Shown here: positions 9,572 to 20,642 of the stretch, in pieces
How positions within the stretch are numbered: the first letter of the stretch is position 1
Layout of the letters: the number at the start of each line of letters is the position of its first letter
Source: Alphaproteobacteria bacterium
Lineage (GTDB): Bacteria > Pseudomonadota > Alphaproteobacteria > UBA8317
Length of the DNA: 64,000 bases
Direction: 5' to 3'
Assembly (NCBI GenBank): GCA_038131935.1
Contig: JAYPQH010000030.1
Span: 1 to 64,000 of the forward strand
Notes under the pieces: generated by a model
What the model was told of the DNA's origin: nothing
The model's database searches: none
Seen by the model: the letters and a program-made list of their open reading frames with translations, nothing else
Made by a program: the position numbers and the translations under genes

Positions 9572-9742
9572 TCAACCAACGGGCAGAGGCTGTCAGCAGC
9601 TGTCTTGAGGCAACAAAAAAATTGCGTAAGGCGTGAAATAGCATTTGCTGTAAAATTGATGCTTAACATATGCTCTTGGCTATGGGATTTGATCGAATGA
9701 GGGTTCAAATTTTGGTGAAGTATCGATCAAGGGAAATGTCAT

Positions 9743-10408
9743 ATGCTTCTGGATTGGACTGAACGGTTTCAAGGAACAGCCATGCTTCCAAGGCATGTGA
9801 GGGATCGTCTGATCAATGTTGCCCACGTCATTCATATGGATAAGGGAGCTCAAGTTTTTGGCCCAACCAAGGTTCCAGATAGTCTATTTTTTTTATATGA
9901 AGGCTGTATTCGCGTATCACAAATATCAGAAAATGGTCGTGAAATTACACTTTATCGGGTTGATGCAGGGGAAAGTTGTGTTTTAACCACTGCTTGTATG
10001 ATGGATGAAGAAGCCTACAATGCTGAGGGTGTGGCAGAGAGCAATATTATCGTTGTGGCCCTTCCAAAGCATGACTTTGATCGCTTGGTAGCCGAGGAAG
10101 AAGCTTTTCGAAAATTTATTTTTTCAGCCTACTCAAAACGCTTAATTGATTTGTTACGCGTGGTGGAAGATGTTGTGTTTGGACATATGGATGTGCGCCT
10201 CGCAGAACGACTCTTGAAACTGGCGGGGGATGGCAGGGAGATTTCTGCAACGCACCAGCTGTTGGCCAGTGAACTTGGAACCGCACGAGAAGTGGTGAGC
10301 CGTGTTTTGTCGGATTTCCAGAAGCGTGATTTGATCAATCAAACCCGAGGACGTATCTCTCTAACCAATAATAATGCTTTGAGGATTCTTGCGGGAAAGA
10401 AAAGGTAA
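9743..10408 (+). CDS. Crp/Fnr-family transcriptional regulator
   Basis: GREITLYRV..GESCVLT cNMP-like domain; THQLLASELGTAREVVSRVL HTH. Confidence 0.93.
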   Translation: MLLDWTERFQGTAMLPRHVRDRLINVAHVIHMDKGAQVFGPTKVPDSLFFLYEGCIRVSQISENGREITLYRVDAGESCVLTTACMMDEEAYNAEGVAESNIIVVALPKHDFDRLVAEEEAFRKFIFSAYSKRLIDLLRVVEDVVFGHMDVRLAERLLKLAGDGREISATHQLLASELGTAREVVSRVLSDFQKRDLINQTRGRISLTNNNALRILAGKKR

Positions 10409-10512
10409 TCCCTGTTCAAGTCTACAAGAGCCATTGGGCTTATTGAGATTGGTAATAGATCAATGCCCCATTCATAAAGATATTTCGCGGCATTAAATTT
10501 TTTTGCCTTTTG

Positions 10513-10527
10513 TGTGACATTGTCACT
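10513..10527. promoter_or_regulatory. Palindromic operator GTGAC-ATT-GTCAC upstream of the sulfur cluster
   Basis: Perfect 5-3-5 inverted repeat at 10514-10526, about 55 bp before the DUF2892 start and just downstream of the Crp/Fnr gene. Confidence 0.6.
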
Positions 10528-10581
10528 GATGACAATAGAATAGACGTCTATGACTTCTTCATTGATCAGATGGAGGATGTT

Positions 10582-10797
10582 ATGACACGAAATGTAGGAA
10601 CCCTTGACCGTATTGTGCGTACCATCGTTGGGCTCGGTCTCTTATATCTTGGCTTGCTCAGTGGCTTTTCAGCATTTGAAGGAACCTTGATAAGGTCTAT
10701 CGTGGTGGCTGTTGGCCTGGTGATGATGGTTGTGGCCAGTATAGGTTTTTGTCCTCTCTACACGATCCTTGGTTTTAAGACCTGTGAGATCAAGTAA
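10582..10797 (+). CDS. DUF2892 (YgaP-like) membrane protein
   Basis: GGAGG RBS; NVGTLDRIVR...GFCPLYTILGFKTC. Confidence 0.88.
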   Translation: MTRNVGTLDRIVRTIVGLGLLYLGLLSGFSAFEGTLIRSIVVAVGLVMMVVASIGFCPLYTILGFKTCEIK

Positions 10798-11229
10798 ATG
10801 GATACCTACTTCACCCCCATCACGTCATTTCAAGGTGGCTTAGCTATTGGGCTGGGTGCTGTTTTGTTGATGCTAGGTTTAGGTCGAATTTTAGGCGCCA
10901 CTGGTATTATCTCAGGTATTGTTTTTCCAGAAAACAGATCAGAGCAAAGCTGGCGCGTGGCTCTGGTTTTGGGTATGATTCTGGCCCCTGGATTGTTGTA
11001 TGCATTGACCGGAACGATGCCCTCTTTGGACGTTCCTATTGGCCCAGAGATGATTGTCGTAGGCGGTATTCTTGTTGGCTTTGGCGCAAGCCTAGGTTCA
11101 GGCTGTACCTCCGGGCATGGCGTCTGTGGGCTATCTCGTCTTTCTATAAGGTCGCTGATGGCGGTTCCTGTTTTTATGGCCACGGCAGCCGTTACTGTTT
11201 TTTTCATCCGTCATATTGTGGGGGTTTGA
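10798..11229 (+). CDS. YeeE/YedE-family sulfur-compound transport protein
   Basis: GRILGATGI and GSGCTSGHGVCG motifs. Confidence 0.92.
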   Translation: MDTYFTPITSFQGGLAIGLGAVLLMLGLGRILGATGIISGIVFPENRSEQSWRVALVLGMILAPGLLYALTGTMPSLDVPIGPEMIVVGGILVGFGASLGSGCTSGHGVCGLSRLSIRSLMAVPVFMATAAVTVFFIRHIVGV

Positions 11230-11232
11230 AAG

Positions 11233-11667
11233 ATGAGGCTTTTCTTTGCTTTGATAACAGGTGTGGTTTTTGGAATAGGCATTGCCATCTCTGGCATGAT
11301 GAATCCAGCAAAAGTCTTAAATTTCTTCGACATTGCGGGCAGTTGGGACCCAAGTCTCATCTTTGTTATGGGTGGCGCACTGGCTGTTACATTCTTGGGT
11401 TATCGCTTGGTTTGGAGGCTTCATACCCCATTATTTCACAAGGAATTTCAGTTGCCAGTGACAACCTTGATTGATCGCAAACTCATCCTTGGGGCGATGC
11501 TGTTTGGTCTTGGTTGGGGTGTTGCCGGTTTTTGTCCTGGCGCAGCTATACCAGCATTGGGAACGGGTCGCTGGGAGGTTGGTTTATTCCTCCTCTCGGT
11601 TGTTGTTGGACTTATACTTCGTCGGGTCTCCACACGCATGAACATAGTGAGGCGTGCCCTATCATGA
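11233..11667 (+). CDS. YeeE/YedE-family partner subunit
   Basis: SGMMNPAKVLNFFD..G.WDPSL and GWGVAGFCPG motifs. Confidence 0.92.
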   Translation: MRLFFALITGVVFGIGIAISGMMNPAKVLNFFDIAGSWDPSLIFVMGGALAVTFLGYRLVWRLHTPLFHKEFQLPVTTLIDRKLILGAMLFGLGWGVAGFCPGAAIPALGTGRWEVGLFLLSVVVGLILRRVSTRMNIVRRALS

Positions 11668-12039
11668 GCAAAGGGTTCATACATTTTTGCCAGGTAACAT
11701 TGTTCGGCTGCGTATATCCTATGCCTGTCTACCCCATAAATGCTTGGCCAAGGATCGCTACACAAGAGGTGGGGCGGTTTGAACAAACAGAGGGTTTTGC
11801 TCGCTTACATCAACATCTCTTCGTACCTGGAAGCGCAAGCATCAAAGTTTCATGGCAAGGCCTGACCTCATTCATACAAGCGATGCAGAGACCAACAGCA
11901 GTTTTGGCTGTGCCATCAATCAAAAACCCAATCACCCTCATAGCACTACACAGACCATGGAACATCCCTTGTGCTCATAAGTTGATGACGAAGTTATGGC
12001 CCAATGGGTGAAATCTTTTAGAAAAAAGGAGCAAAGCAA

Positions 12040-12921
12040 ATGAACTATCCTGTTGACATGATGACAAAACCTATTGTTCAGGCATTTTTTGACGATGCCA
12101 CCAATACAATCAGTTATATTGTAAAGGATCCGGCCAGCTTATCCTGTGCTATCATTGATTCTGTGATGGATTTTGACTATGTGTCCGGCCGTATCACCTT
12201 TGACCATGCTGATGAACTCATTCGACAGGTTAAATCTCAAGGGTTGAACTTGGAATGGATTATTGAAACGCATGTTCATGCAGACCATCTCAGTGCAGCC
12301 CCATACATTCAGGGGCAACTTGGTGGTAAAATTGGGATCGGATCAAAGATTACAATGGTACAGGATATCTTTGGCAAATTTTTCAATGAAGGGACTGAGT
12401 TCCAGAGAGATGGTTCTCAATTTGATGCGTTGTTTGAGGATGGTGATGTTTATCAAGTAGGAACGATGAAGGCATTTGCTATGTATACACCAGGTCATAC
12501 GCCTGCTTGCATGGTACATGTTATGGGTGATGCGGCCTTTGTAGGTGATACATTATTCATGCCTGATGCTGGTTCAGCCCGTGCAGATTTTCCAGGCGGT
12601 TCAGCAGAAGATCTCTATGATAGCATTCAAAAATTGCTGTCTCTCCCTGACGAAATGCGGGTTTTTATGTGCCATGACTATGGACCGAATGGCCGAGATA
12701 TACGCTGGGAAACAACCGTTGGTGTAGAAAAAGCACATAATATTCACGTAGGTAGCGGAAAGACCAAAGAAGATTTTATCAAATTTCGTACCACACGCGA
12801 TGCTCAACTTGGTTTGCCAACACTTATCATCCCCTCGCTTCAGGTGAATATGAGGGCTGGAGAGGTTCCCACAGATCAAGAGGGTAAACCAACACTCAAA
12901 ATACCTGTGAATGGCTTTTAA
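12040..12921 (+). CDS. pdo: Persulfide dioxygenase (ETHE1/Blh-like MBL fold)
   Basis: ETHVHADH, PGHTPAC, GDTLFMPD.G.ARADFPGG, CHDY, IPSLQVN. Confidence 0.93.
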   Translation: MNYPVDMMTKPIVQAFFDDATNTISYIVKDPASLSCAIIDSVMDFDYVSGRITFDHADELIRQVKSQGLNLEWIIETHVHADHLSAAPYIQGQLGGKIGIGSKITMVQDIFGKFFNEGTEFQRDGSQFDALFEDGDVYQVGTMKAFAMYTPGHTPACMVHVMGDAAFVGDTLFMPDAGSARADFPGGSAEDLYDSIQKLLSLPDEMRVFMCHDYGPNGRDIRWETTVGVEKAHNIHVGSGKTKEDFIKFRTTRDAQLGLPTLIIPSLQVNMRAGEVPTDQEGKPTLKIPVNGF

Positions 12922-12940
12922 TTTTTGGGAGGAAGAACTT

Positions 12941-14605
12941 ATGGAAATCAAAAAAATTACAAATAAATTTAGCGTCAGTCCACAAATTGCCGTCGATGAT
13001 GTCGCAGCTATTAAAGAAGCTGGATTCAGAGCGATTATTTGTAATCGCCCGGATGGTGAGGCCTCTGATCAACCTAGTTTCAAAGAGATTGAGGCTGCGG
13101 CGACGGGGGCTGGGTTGCCAATAATTTACATGCCTGTCATCTCAGGAATGGTGCGTAATGAAGATGTGGCAGCTTTTTCTGAGGCCTTGGAAACACTTCC
13201 TCATCCCGTTTTGGCTTACTGCCGTACAGGCACCCGATCGGCTACATTATGGTCTCTGCATGAAAGTACGAAGCGTCCGATCCACGAGATCCTCTCTCAT
13301 ACAAAAGCTGCGGGCTATGATATGAGTGCCGTGGCCCGTCGTATTGCCAATGGTGGGAAAACACCAACCGATGAAGTTGATGCGCAATATGATGTGGTGA
13401 TTGTTGGTGGTGGTGCGGCAGGTATTTCTGTTGCAGCGAGCTTGAAAGCACGCAATTGTGACGAATCTATCGCCATCATTGACCCAGCTGACATACATTA
13501 TTATCAGCCTGGCTGGACCATGGTAGGTGGCGGTATTTTTCAAGCCAAGCAGACAGCAAAAACCATGGGTTCTCTTATCCCTCAGGATGTTGCTTGGATT
13601 AAATCTGCAGTTGTTGCTTTTGAACCTAACGATGATGCTGTTGTTTTAGAAGGTTGCAGGGTCATCAAATATAAGAGGCTTGTTGTTTGTCCAGGACTAA
13701 AATTGGATTGGGCTGGCATTGAAGGGTTGGAAGAAACATTAGGCCGAAACGGCGTTACATCCAATTATCGCTATGACCTCGCCCCATATACGTGGCAATT
13801 GGTACAGCAAATGAAGTCTGGAAGGGCATTGTTCACCCAGCCCCCGATGCCGATCAAATGTGCAGGAGCTCCTCAAAAGGCGATGTATCTATCAGGTGAT
13901 GCCTGGTTCCGTAATGGGCGACTCAAAGATATTGATATTCAGTTTATGAACGCCGGTGGGGTCTTGTTTGGTGTTAAGGAGTATGTGCCAGCACTTGAGC
14001 AATATATTTCAAAATATGGCGCAACGCTAAATTTCTTTCACAATTTGGTTTCAATCGATGGGTTTGCAAAAAAAGCGACGTTTAAAGTTGCAACGCCCGA
14101 TACCGATCCTAGCCATGTAACGGTAGACTTTGACATGATACATGTCTGCCCACCGCAAACAGCTCCAGATTTCATTAAATATTCACCCTTGGCAGATGCC
14201 TCAGGTTGGGTGGATGTTGATCAAGCTACATTAAGGCATAAGACCTTCGACAATATTTGGAGTCTTGGTGATGTTATGAACGCGCCCAATGCGAAGACCG
14301 CGGCGGCAGCGAGAAAGCAAGCGCCTGTGGTCGCTGAAAATATCATGGCAGATATTTCAAATCGCTCCCCGGCTGTCGCTTATGATGGCTATGGATCTTG
14401 TCCATTAACCGTAGAGCGTGGCAAGATTGTGTTGGCAGAATTTGGCTATGGCGGGGTTCTGAAGCCATCATTCCCCTCCTTTTTGGTAAATGGTACGAAG
14501 CCTTCTCGGATATCTTGGTTGTTGAAGGAAAAAATACTGCCGCCTATTTATTGGCAGGCCATGCTCAAAGGTCGAGAGTGGATGGCCAAGCCAGAAAAAT
14601 TATAA
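12941..14605 (+). CDS. sqr: DUF442 (TIGR01244) sulfurtransferase fused to type II sulfide:quinone oxidoreductase
   Basis: N-terminal IICNRPDGE...YCRTGTRS; GGGAAG FAD site; redox Cys motifs IKCAGAPQK and GYGSCPL. Confidence 0.93.
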   Translation: MEIKKITNKFSVSPQIAVDDVAAIKEAGFRAIICNRPDGEASDQPSFKEIEAAATGAGLPIIYMPVISGMVRNEDVAAFSEALETLPHPVLAYCRTGTRSATLWSLHESTKRPIHEILSHTKAAGYDMSAVARRIANGGKTPTDEVDAQYDVVIVGGGAAGISVAASLKARNCDESIAIIDPADIHYYQPGWTMVGGGIFQAKQTAKTMGSLIPQDVAWIKSAVVAFEPNDDAVVLEGCRVIKYKRLVVCPGLKLDWAGIEGLEETLGRNGVTSNYRYDLAPYTWQLVQQMKSGRALFTQPPMPIKCAGAPQKAMYLSGDAWFRNGRLKDIDIQFMNAGGVLFGVKEYVPALEQYISKYGATLNFFHNLVSIDGFAKKATFKVATPDTDPSHVTVDFDMIHVCPPQTAPDFIKYSPLADASGWVDVDQATLRHKTFDNIWSLGDVMNAPNAKTAAAARKQAPVVAENIMADISNRSPAVAYDGYGSCPLTVERGKIVLAEFGYGGVLKPSFPSFLVNGTKPSRISWLLKEKILPPIYWQAMLKGREWMAKPEKL

Positions 14606-14660
14606 GTCAAATAAGTATCTCCGCATGACGTCCTGTCACCTCAAGGTCACAATATAATTC

Positions 14661-16382
14661 ATGACACATTTACAGCAATATTTACCCATTCTTACCTGGG
14701 GGCGGTCTTATGACCGCTCCGCTTTTACCCATGATATGGTTGCTGCGGTGATTGTAACCATCATGCTGATCCCACAAAGTTTGGCCTATGCGCTTTTGGC
14801 GGGACTACCGCCTGAGGCTGGGATCTACGCATCAATTGTTCCTATTATACTCTACGCGGTTTTTGGAACCAGTCGTGCTCTGGCAGTTGGACCCGTCGCA
14901 GTTATATCCCTTCTGACAGCCTCAGTTGTCGGTCAAGTGGCAGAACAAGGTACGGCAGGTTATGCCTTGGCAGCCCTTACGTTGGCTTTTTTGTCAGGTG
15001 GATTCCTTCTGTTGTTAGGGTTCTTACGTCTGGGTTTCTTAGCCAATTTTTGAGCCATCCTGTGATTGCAGGTTTTATAACCGCATCAGGTATTTTGATT
15101 GCCACAAGTCAACTCAAGCATATTTTGGCGTGAGCGCCCATGGCCACACATTGCCTGAGATGGTTGCGTCTATCATCGGGCATATTGATCAACTACATGG
15201 ATTTACACTTGTTATTGGTCTTGCCACAACATGGTTCTTATTTTGGGTTCGTGGTCATCTTAAACCGCTCCTGAAGCGTCTAGGTTTCGGTCCTGTGCTT
15301 ACGGATTTGTTGGCAAAAGCGGGTCCTGTATTTGCCGTTGCCGCCACAACAGCTCTCGTGTGGGTCTTTGGACTTGATGTGCAAGGTGTCCGTATTGTGG
15401 GGGATATTCCACAAAGCTTGCCCCCATTTACTTTGCCTAGCTTTTCCCCAGACTTGTTGCAAAGCCTGATAGGGCCTGCAATTTTGATCTCAATTATTGG
15501 TTTTGTTGAGAGCGTATCGGTGGCGCAAACCTTAGCTGCAAAGAAACGCCAGCGTATCGACCCAAATCAAGAATTGATTGGACTTGGTAGCGCAAATCTA
15601 GGTGCGGCCTTCACAGGTGGGTTTCCTGTGACCGGTGGTTTCTCACGCTCCGTTGTGAATTTTGACGCTGGTGCAGAAACACCTGCTGCCGGTATTTACA
15701 CAGCGTTAGGTCTTGGCATTGCCTCAATCGCATTGACGCCCCTTGTTTATATCTTCCCAATGCGACCCTTGCAGCCACAATCATTGTTGCTGTTTTATCT
15801 CTTGTTGATCTCTCCATACTGCAAAAAACCTGGAACTACTCCCGTGCTGACTTTATAGCTGTGGCCACCACAATCATGTTGACGCTAGGTTTGGGTGTTG
15901 AAGTTGGTGTTGCGGCGGGTGTTGTGATTTCTATCCTTCTCCATCTTTATAAGACATCATGCCCCCATGTGGCTGAGGTGGGATTGGTGCCAGATACACA
16001 GCATTTTCGAAATATAAATCGACACCATGTCCAGACAGACCCCAAAATTGTTACCCTCCGTGTTGATGAAAGTCTTTACTTTGTGAATGCGCGCTTTTTG
16101 GAAGATTTGATACAATCCCGCGTATCTGATGGTTGTGATGTTGAACATGTTGTTCTCATGTTTTCGGCTGTAAATGACGTAGATTATTCCGCGATGGAGA
16201 GCCTTGAAGCTATCAATACACGGTTGCGTGATATGAATGTTGGGTTTCATTTCTCGGAGGTAAAAGGTCCAGTTATGGATAGATTGAAGAAATCACATTT
16301 GGTTGAAGAGCTAAATGGCCTGATTTACCTATCCCAATTTCAAGCATGGACAGACTTGTTGGAAAAAACACGCGCACACTAA
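14661..16382 (+). CDS. sulP: SulP-family anion permease with STAS domain (about three frameshifts)
   Basis: PQSLAYALLAGLPP..G.YAS, GGFSRS.VN and STAS LRVDESLYFVNA, split over three ORFs at about 15050, 15125 and 15750. Confidence 0.9.
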
Positions 16383-16716
16383 TTGTTTTGTTAAGTCTTT
16401 AGCTCAGGTATCGTTATGGTGGGATAGATATCTATGTGACCTAAAACCCGACAATGCCGATTGAAGCGAATCCCAATCAAACTACTTAGCTTTATACTGG
16501 GGTGGGTCGAGGCTTGAATTGATCAGACCCTAATGATCATTGCTGTTTTGGCTGTTTGGGTTACAGGTCGCATTCTAGAGCAAAAAATACTTTGGGTCAT
16601 AGGCGACAGCTAGTCCCGTATTTATGCCATTTAGGATCGTAACTTTGCGTTCTTTACAAATCTGTTAAGCCCGATGAACCCGATCCCCAATATCACCATC
16701 GGGTACAGATGCTGCT

Positions 16717-17331
16717 CTAGCGGTCACGGTTCATTTCTTTGGGGTTGGTTTTTGGGGGCAAACGGTGCAGATGGCTCTGCGCTCGTTGCGCCATAGCCTC
16801 ATGTACGGCATGCATGCCGCGTTTCACCATGTCGCTGACCTCAGCGGCATGGGTATGTAATGCGGTTACCAGATCCGCATCTTCTGAGGTTTGCATAACC
16901 ACAATACCAGTATCAGTGATATCGATCTGGGTATCTAGCTTCGCACGCTTTGCAAAGATGATATCCAATGTTGGGCTTTGAATGCGCACCTCAGGGTCAC
17001 GCCCGGTTTCTACCCTATCGATCATACCAATGACATGGCGCAAAAGAGCATCTCGTAGGATAGGTTCTGTGGCTGTGGTTTCAGTGCGAATACCGTTTGA
17101 TAGTAATGTCACTTGCCGCGAAAGGCTGGAAAAGTTGCGAAACATTTTGGCCATATCAGCCACTTCTTCAACGGTGGTATCCCTTCCGTGCAATCCAGGC
17201 ATGCGCAGCATATCATGCTCGTGGTGCTGATGTATTTGCCCATGATGTCCCAGCATCTGGCTCAGTGCTGGCACGCAGCTTAAAACCACACCACAAAGGC
17301 AGGCGCCTAACAATCCAAAGGTATTTTTCAT
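16717..17331 (-). CDS. Exported His/Met-rich hypothetical protein with internal duplication
   Basis: Signal peptide; HHGQIHQHHEHDMLRMPG; two similar repeats (NGIRTETT...ALLRHV and TGIVVMQTS...ALHTHA). Confidence 0.7.
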   Translation of the reverse strand: MKNTFGLLGACLCGVVLSCVPALSQMLGHHGQIHQHHEHDMLRMPGLHGRDTTVEEVADMAKMFRNFSSLSRQVTLLSNGIRTETTATEPILRDALLRHVIGMIDRVETGRDPEVRIQSPTLDIIFAKRAKLDTQIDITDTGIVVMQTSEDADLVTALHTHAAEVSDMVKRGMHAVHEAMAQRAQSHLHRLPPKTNPKEMNRDR

Positions 17332-17471
17332 AAACAATATTTCCCATTGGTCATCTTCATAATCAACCATTTCTTGTCGGTAGGAACAATATATTTTACA
17401 AACAAATCTGGCGTTTTCAGGATATTTTGATGAGAGATGGCATTAAGCTAAAAACTTGAAATTTTTTAAAA

Positions 17472-17972
17472 TCAAAATTTAAATGCGATCAATCCCAGTG
17501 TGATTAAGCCGAAAAGAACCATAAATATCTGTAATGACCAACCTAATCGTCCCTTGATGTCATTTTTCATCTTTTCATTTAGGTCTGGCCAGGTATGGGC
17601 AACAAAGTCACCTTGGCTCATCATATTCACAAGTTTTTGATCATTATCCACAATAGGAAGATGCCTGAAGCGTTCGCTTGACATGACCTTGAGCCAATCA
17701 ATTAGCTCGTCATTCTCATTGGCTGCGTGAATTTCAGTACTCATGATGTCTGCTAGTGCTGTTGTATCTACATTGATGCCTTTGGCCAAAACACGGATCA
17801 TCATATCCCGTTCTGTAACAATCCCAGCAATGGTTTGATCCGGGTTGACCACAACGATAGATCCGATGTTCTTCTCGCTCATAACTGCAAGCGCATCACG
17901 TATGCGATCATCCGGAGCAAATGTTACAGGCTTGGTTTTTGTTTGATAATTTGGTTGCTCTTTAATTTTCAT
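17472..17972 (-). CDS. CBS-domain pair protein with C-terminal TM helix
   Basis: GIVTERDM and FRHLPIVD motifs; GGAG RBS before the ATG at 17972. Confidence 0.88.
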   Translation of the reverse strand: MKIKEQPNYQTKTKPVTFAPDDRIRDALAVMSEKNIGSIVVVNPDQTIAGIVTERDMMIRVLAKGINVDTTALADIMSTEIHAANENDELIDWLKVMSSERFRHLPIVDNDQKLVNMMSQGDFVAHTWPDLNEKMKNDIKGRLGWSLQIFMVLFGLITLGLIAFKF

Positions 17973-18029
17973 ATGATTTGTCTCCAAGGCTGGTAGGTCA
18001 TGCAATTTTAAATTGACAAATTCTGTTAT

Positions 18030-18052
18030 AATGTATATTGCAAATATATATT
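18030..18052. promoter_or_regulatory. Candidate Rrf2/NsrR-type 23-bp operator in the divergent CBS-cydA promoter
   Basis: AATGTATATT-GCA-AATATATATT (9/10 arm match), just downstream of TTGACA at 18013-18018. Confidence 0.5.
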
Positions 18053-18099
18053 TATTTGTCCATAGATGAAATGGTTCACAAAAGATAAAGGAAAGATTC

Positions 18100-19487
18100 A
18101 TGGAACTTGATCCCTTTCTCCTCTCCCGTATTCAGTTTGCCGCCAATGTGTCGTTTCACATTATGTTTCCCTCTATTACGATTGCATTAGGCTGGGTTCT
18201 TCTGTTCTTCAAACTCCGTTACGAAACAACGCGTGATGAAAGTTGGATGAAGGCATATTTCTTTTTTACAAAGGTATTCGCATTAAGTTTCGCCATTGGC
18301 GTGGTGAGTGGCGTGACCATGTCATTCCAATTTGGTACAAATTGGCCAGGCTTTATGGAGCGGGTAGGGAATATTGCTGGCCCACTCCTAGCCTATGAAG
18401 TTCTAACCGCATTCTTTTTGGAAGCCACATTCTTGGGCATTATGCTGTTCGGCTTCAGGCGTGTGCCTGGTTGGCTGCATACCACTGCTACAGTATTGGT
18501 CGCTGTGGGCACGACGGCATCCGCCTTCTGGATACTTGTGTTAAACAGCTGGATGCATACCCCAGATGGATTTACCATGATCCCTAACGCCGATGGCCTC
18601 TTACAAGCACATGTCACCAGTTGGTGGGATGTTGTTTTCAACCCATCAATGCCCTACCGTTTGACCCATATGCTTCTGGCCTCTGGTTTGACGGCATCAT
18701 TTTTGATTGCAGGTATTTCCGCGTATCGTCTTTTACGCCATGACAGATGCCCATCAGTTAAAAAAGCCTGTACAACAGCTGTGTATCTCGCAGCAATTTT
18801 GATACCTGTGCAAATTTTTGCAGGTCATGAGCACGGCTTGAATACAAAAGAATACCAACCTGCAAAACTAGCCGCGATGGAAGGGGCTTGGCACACCCAT
18901 AAAGGTGCACCATTGGTATTGTTTGGGATCCCTAATGAAAAGAGAAACGCAACGATTTTGCCATCGAAGTGCCCTACCTTGCGAGTCTTATTGTTACCCA
19001 TTCCCTCCAAGGTGAAATTCGAGGTCTTGAGGAATTTGAGCAACATCCACCCGTAAAACCAGTATTTTTTGGTTTTAGGGTTATGGTGGGAATTGGGATG
19101 TTGATGTTGCTTGTATCATGGGTTGGAAGTTCATACCTCGTTAGGAAAAAAGAGCTGCCAAGATACCTTTTGATGACATTGGTGGGGATGACATTTGCAG
19201 GCTGCATCGCGACCATCGCTGGTTGGTATGTTACGGAAATCGGTCGGCAACCTTGGTTGGTACAAGGTGTTTTAAGCACAAAAGATGCGTTGGGTACTGT
19301 TACCGGTGGCATGGTACTCTCCACCTTGATTATGTATCTGAGTGTTTATGTCTTTTTGTCCATTGCCTATGTCTTTACATTGTTTCATTTGGCCCGTTCA
19401 GCGGGTGGAGCAGGGGCAAAAGACCTCGAAAATCCATCCAAAGCAAGTGGTGAACGGCTATCTGCTATCCCAACAGCTGCCAAATAG
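18100..19487 (+). CDS. cydA: Cytochrome bd-type quinol oxidase subunit I, short Q-loop CioA type (frameshift near 18940)
   Basis: SRIQFA...FHI.FP, FQFGTNW, YQPAKLAAMEG, TEIGRQPW. Confidence 0.93.
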
Positions 19488-19501
19488 GGTGAGGAGTTTT
19501 T

Positions 19502-20517
19502 GTGATGATTGAACAAGCACTAACAGATGGATCCTGGTTACCTTTTACGTTTGCGTTTCTTATGGGTTTATCCATGTTGATCTATGCTGTTTTGGACGGC
19601 TATGATTTGGGTGTGGGCATGCTGATTGACAGCGCACATTGGCATGAAAAGGACCGCATGATTGCCTCTATTGGTCCATTCTGGGATGCTAATGAAACCT
19701 GGTTGATCTTGGGTGTTGGGCTGCTGCTTGTGGCATTCCCACTGGCTCATGGACTCATTCTTACAGAACTTTATCTCCCCGTGGCTGTCATGCTGTTTGG
19801 GCTGATTTTTCGTGGTGTTGCGTTTGACTTTCGCGCAAGGTACCCCACCAACATAAATGGCGTTGGAATAACCGCTTCTTTTATGGATCTTTGCTTACAT
19901 CCCTGGCGCAAGGTTACATGCTTGGGTCTTATATTACAGGATTTGCGCATGATTGGGCAGGGATTGCGTTTTCATGTCTCATCGCCATTGTCTTGAGCTC
20001 AGCTTACTGCCTCATTGGAGCATGTTGGCTCATCATGAAAACAGAAGGGTCACTGCAGGAAAAATCCGTGAAATGGGCAAGGTATCACCTTGTAAACTCC
20101 GTTGCGGGCCTTGTTGCCATCTCAGCAACAACACCTTTGATGAGTGAACGTATTTTTGACAAATGGTTCTCTTTTCCTGAAGCTTTTTATCTGGCTCCTA
20201 TTCCGGTGCTCACAGCTGTTCTTATATTTTGGTTGTATGGGGTTTTAAAGAAAATGCCGATGCCAGATGATCGCCTATCTTGGCTTCCTTTTGTGCTCAC
20301 AATGGCTGTTTTTATCTTGAGTTTTATTGGGTTGGCCTACAGCTTTTTCCCTTACATTGTGCCAGAGCGTATGACCATCATTGAAGCTGCTGCAGCGCCT
20401 GAATCTTTGATTATTATGCTTGTTGGTGCGTTGATCGTTTTGCCGGTTTTGATTGGGTACACAGCACTTGCCTATTATGTGTTCCGTGGTAAGGCGACTG
20501 AACTTCGTTATGATTGA
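19502..20517 (+). CDS. cydB: Cytochrome bd oxidase subunit II (frameshift near 19837)
   Basis: LDGYDLGVG, GPFWDANETWL, RGVAFDFR, YYVFRGK. Confidence 0.93.
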
Positions 20518-20642
20518 TTTTGTTAAAACTTTACCTTTGTGAAGCTGAGGGCCCCATCTTTTTGGGCTCTGAGCATGTTGGTTGCATGAATGTTGCCCAA
20601 AATGTACGCTCAACCCGCACTTGAAATGGATCCACATCATAA

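Noticed and set aside
16382-16717. Possible RNA or gene remnant between sulP and the His-rich gene
   Set aside because: Only a weak CCCGAT...ATCGGG hairpin; no convincing ORF or RNA family.
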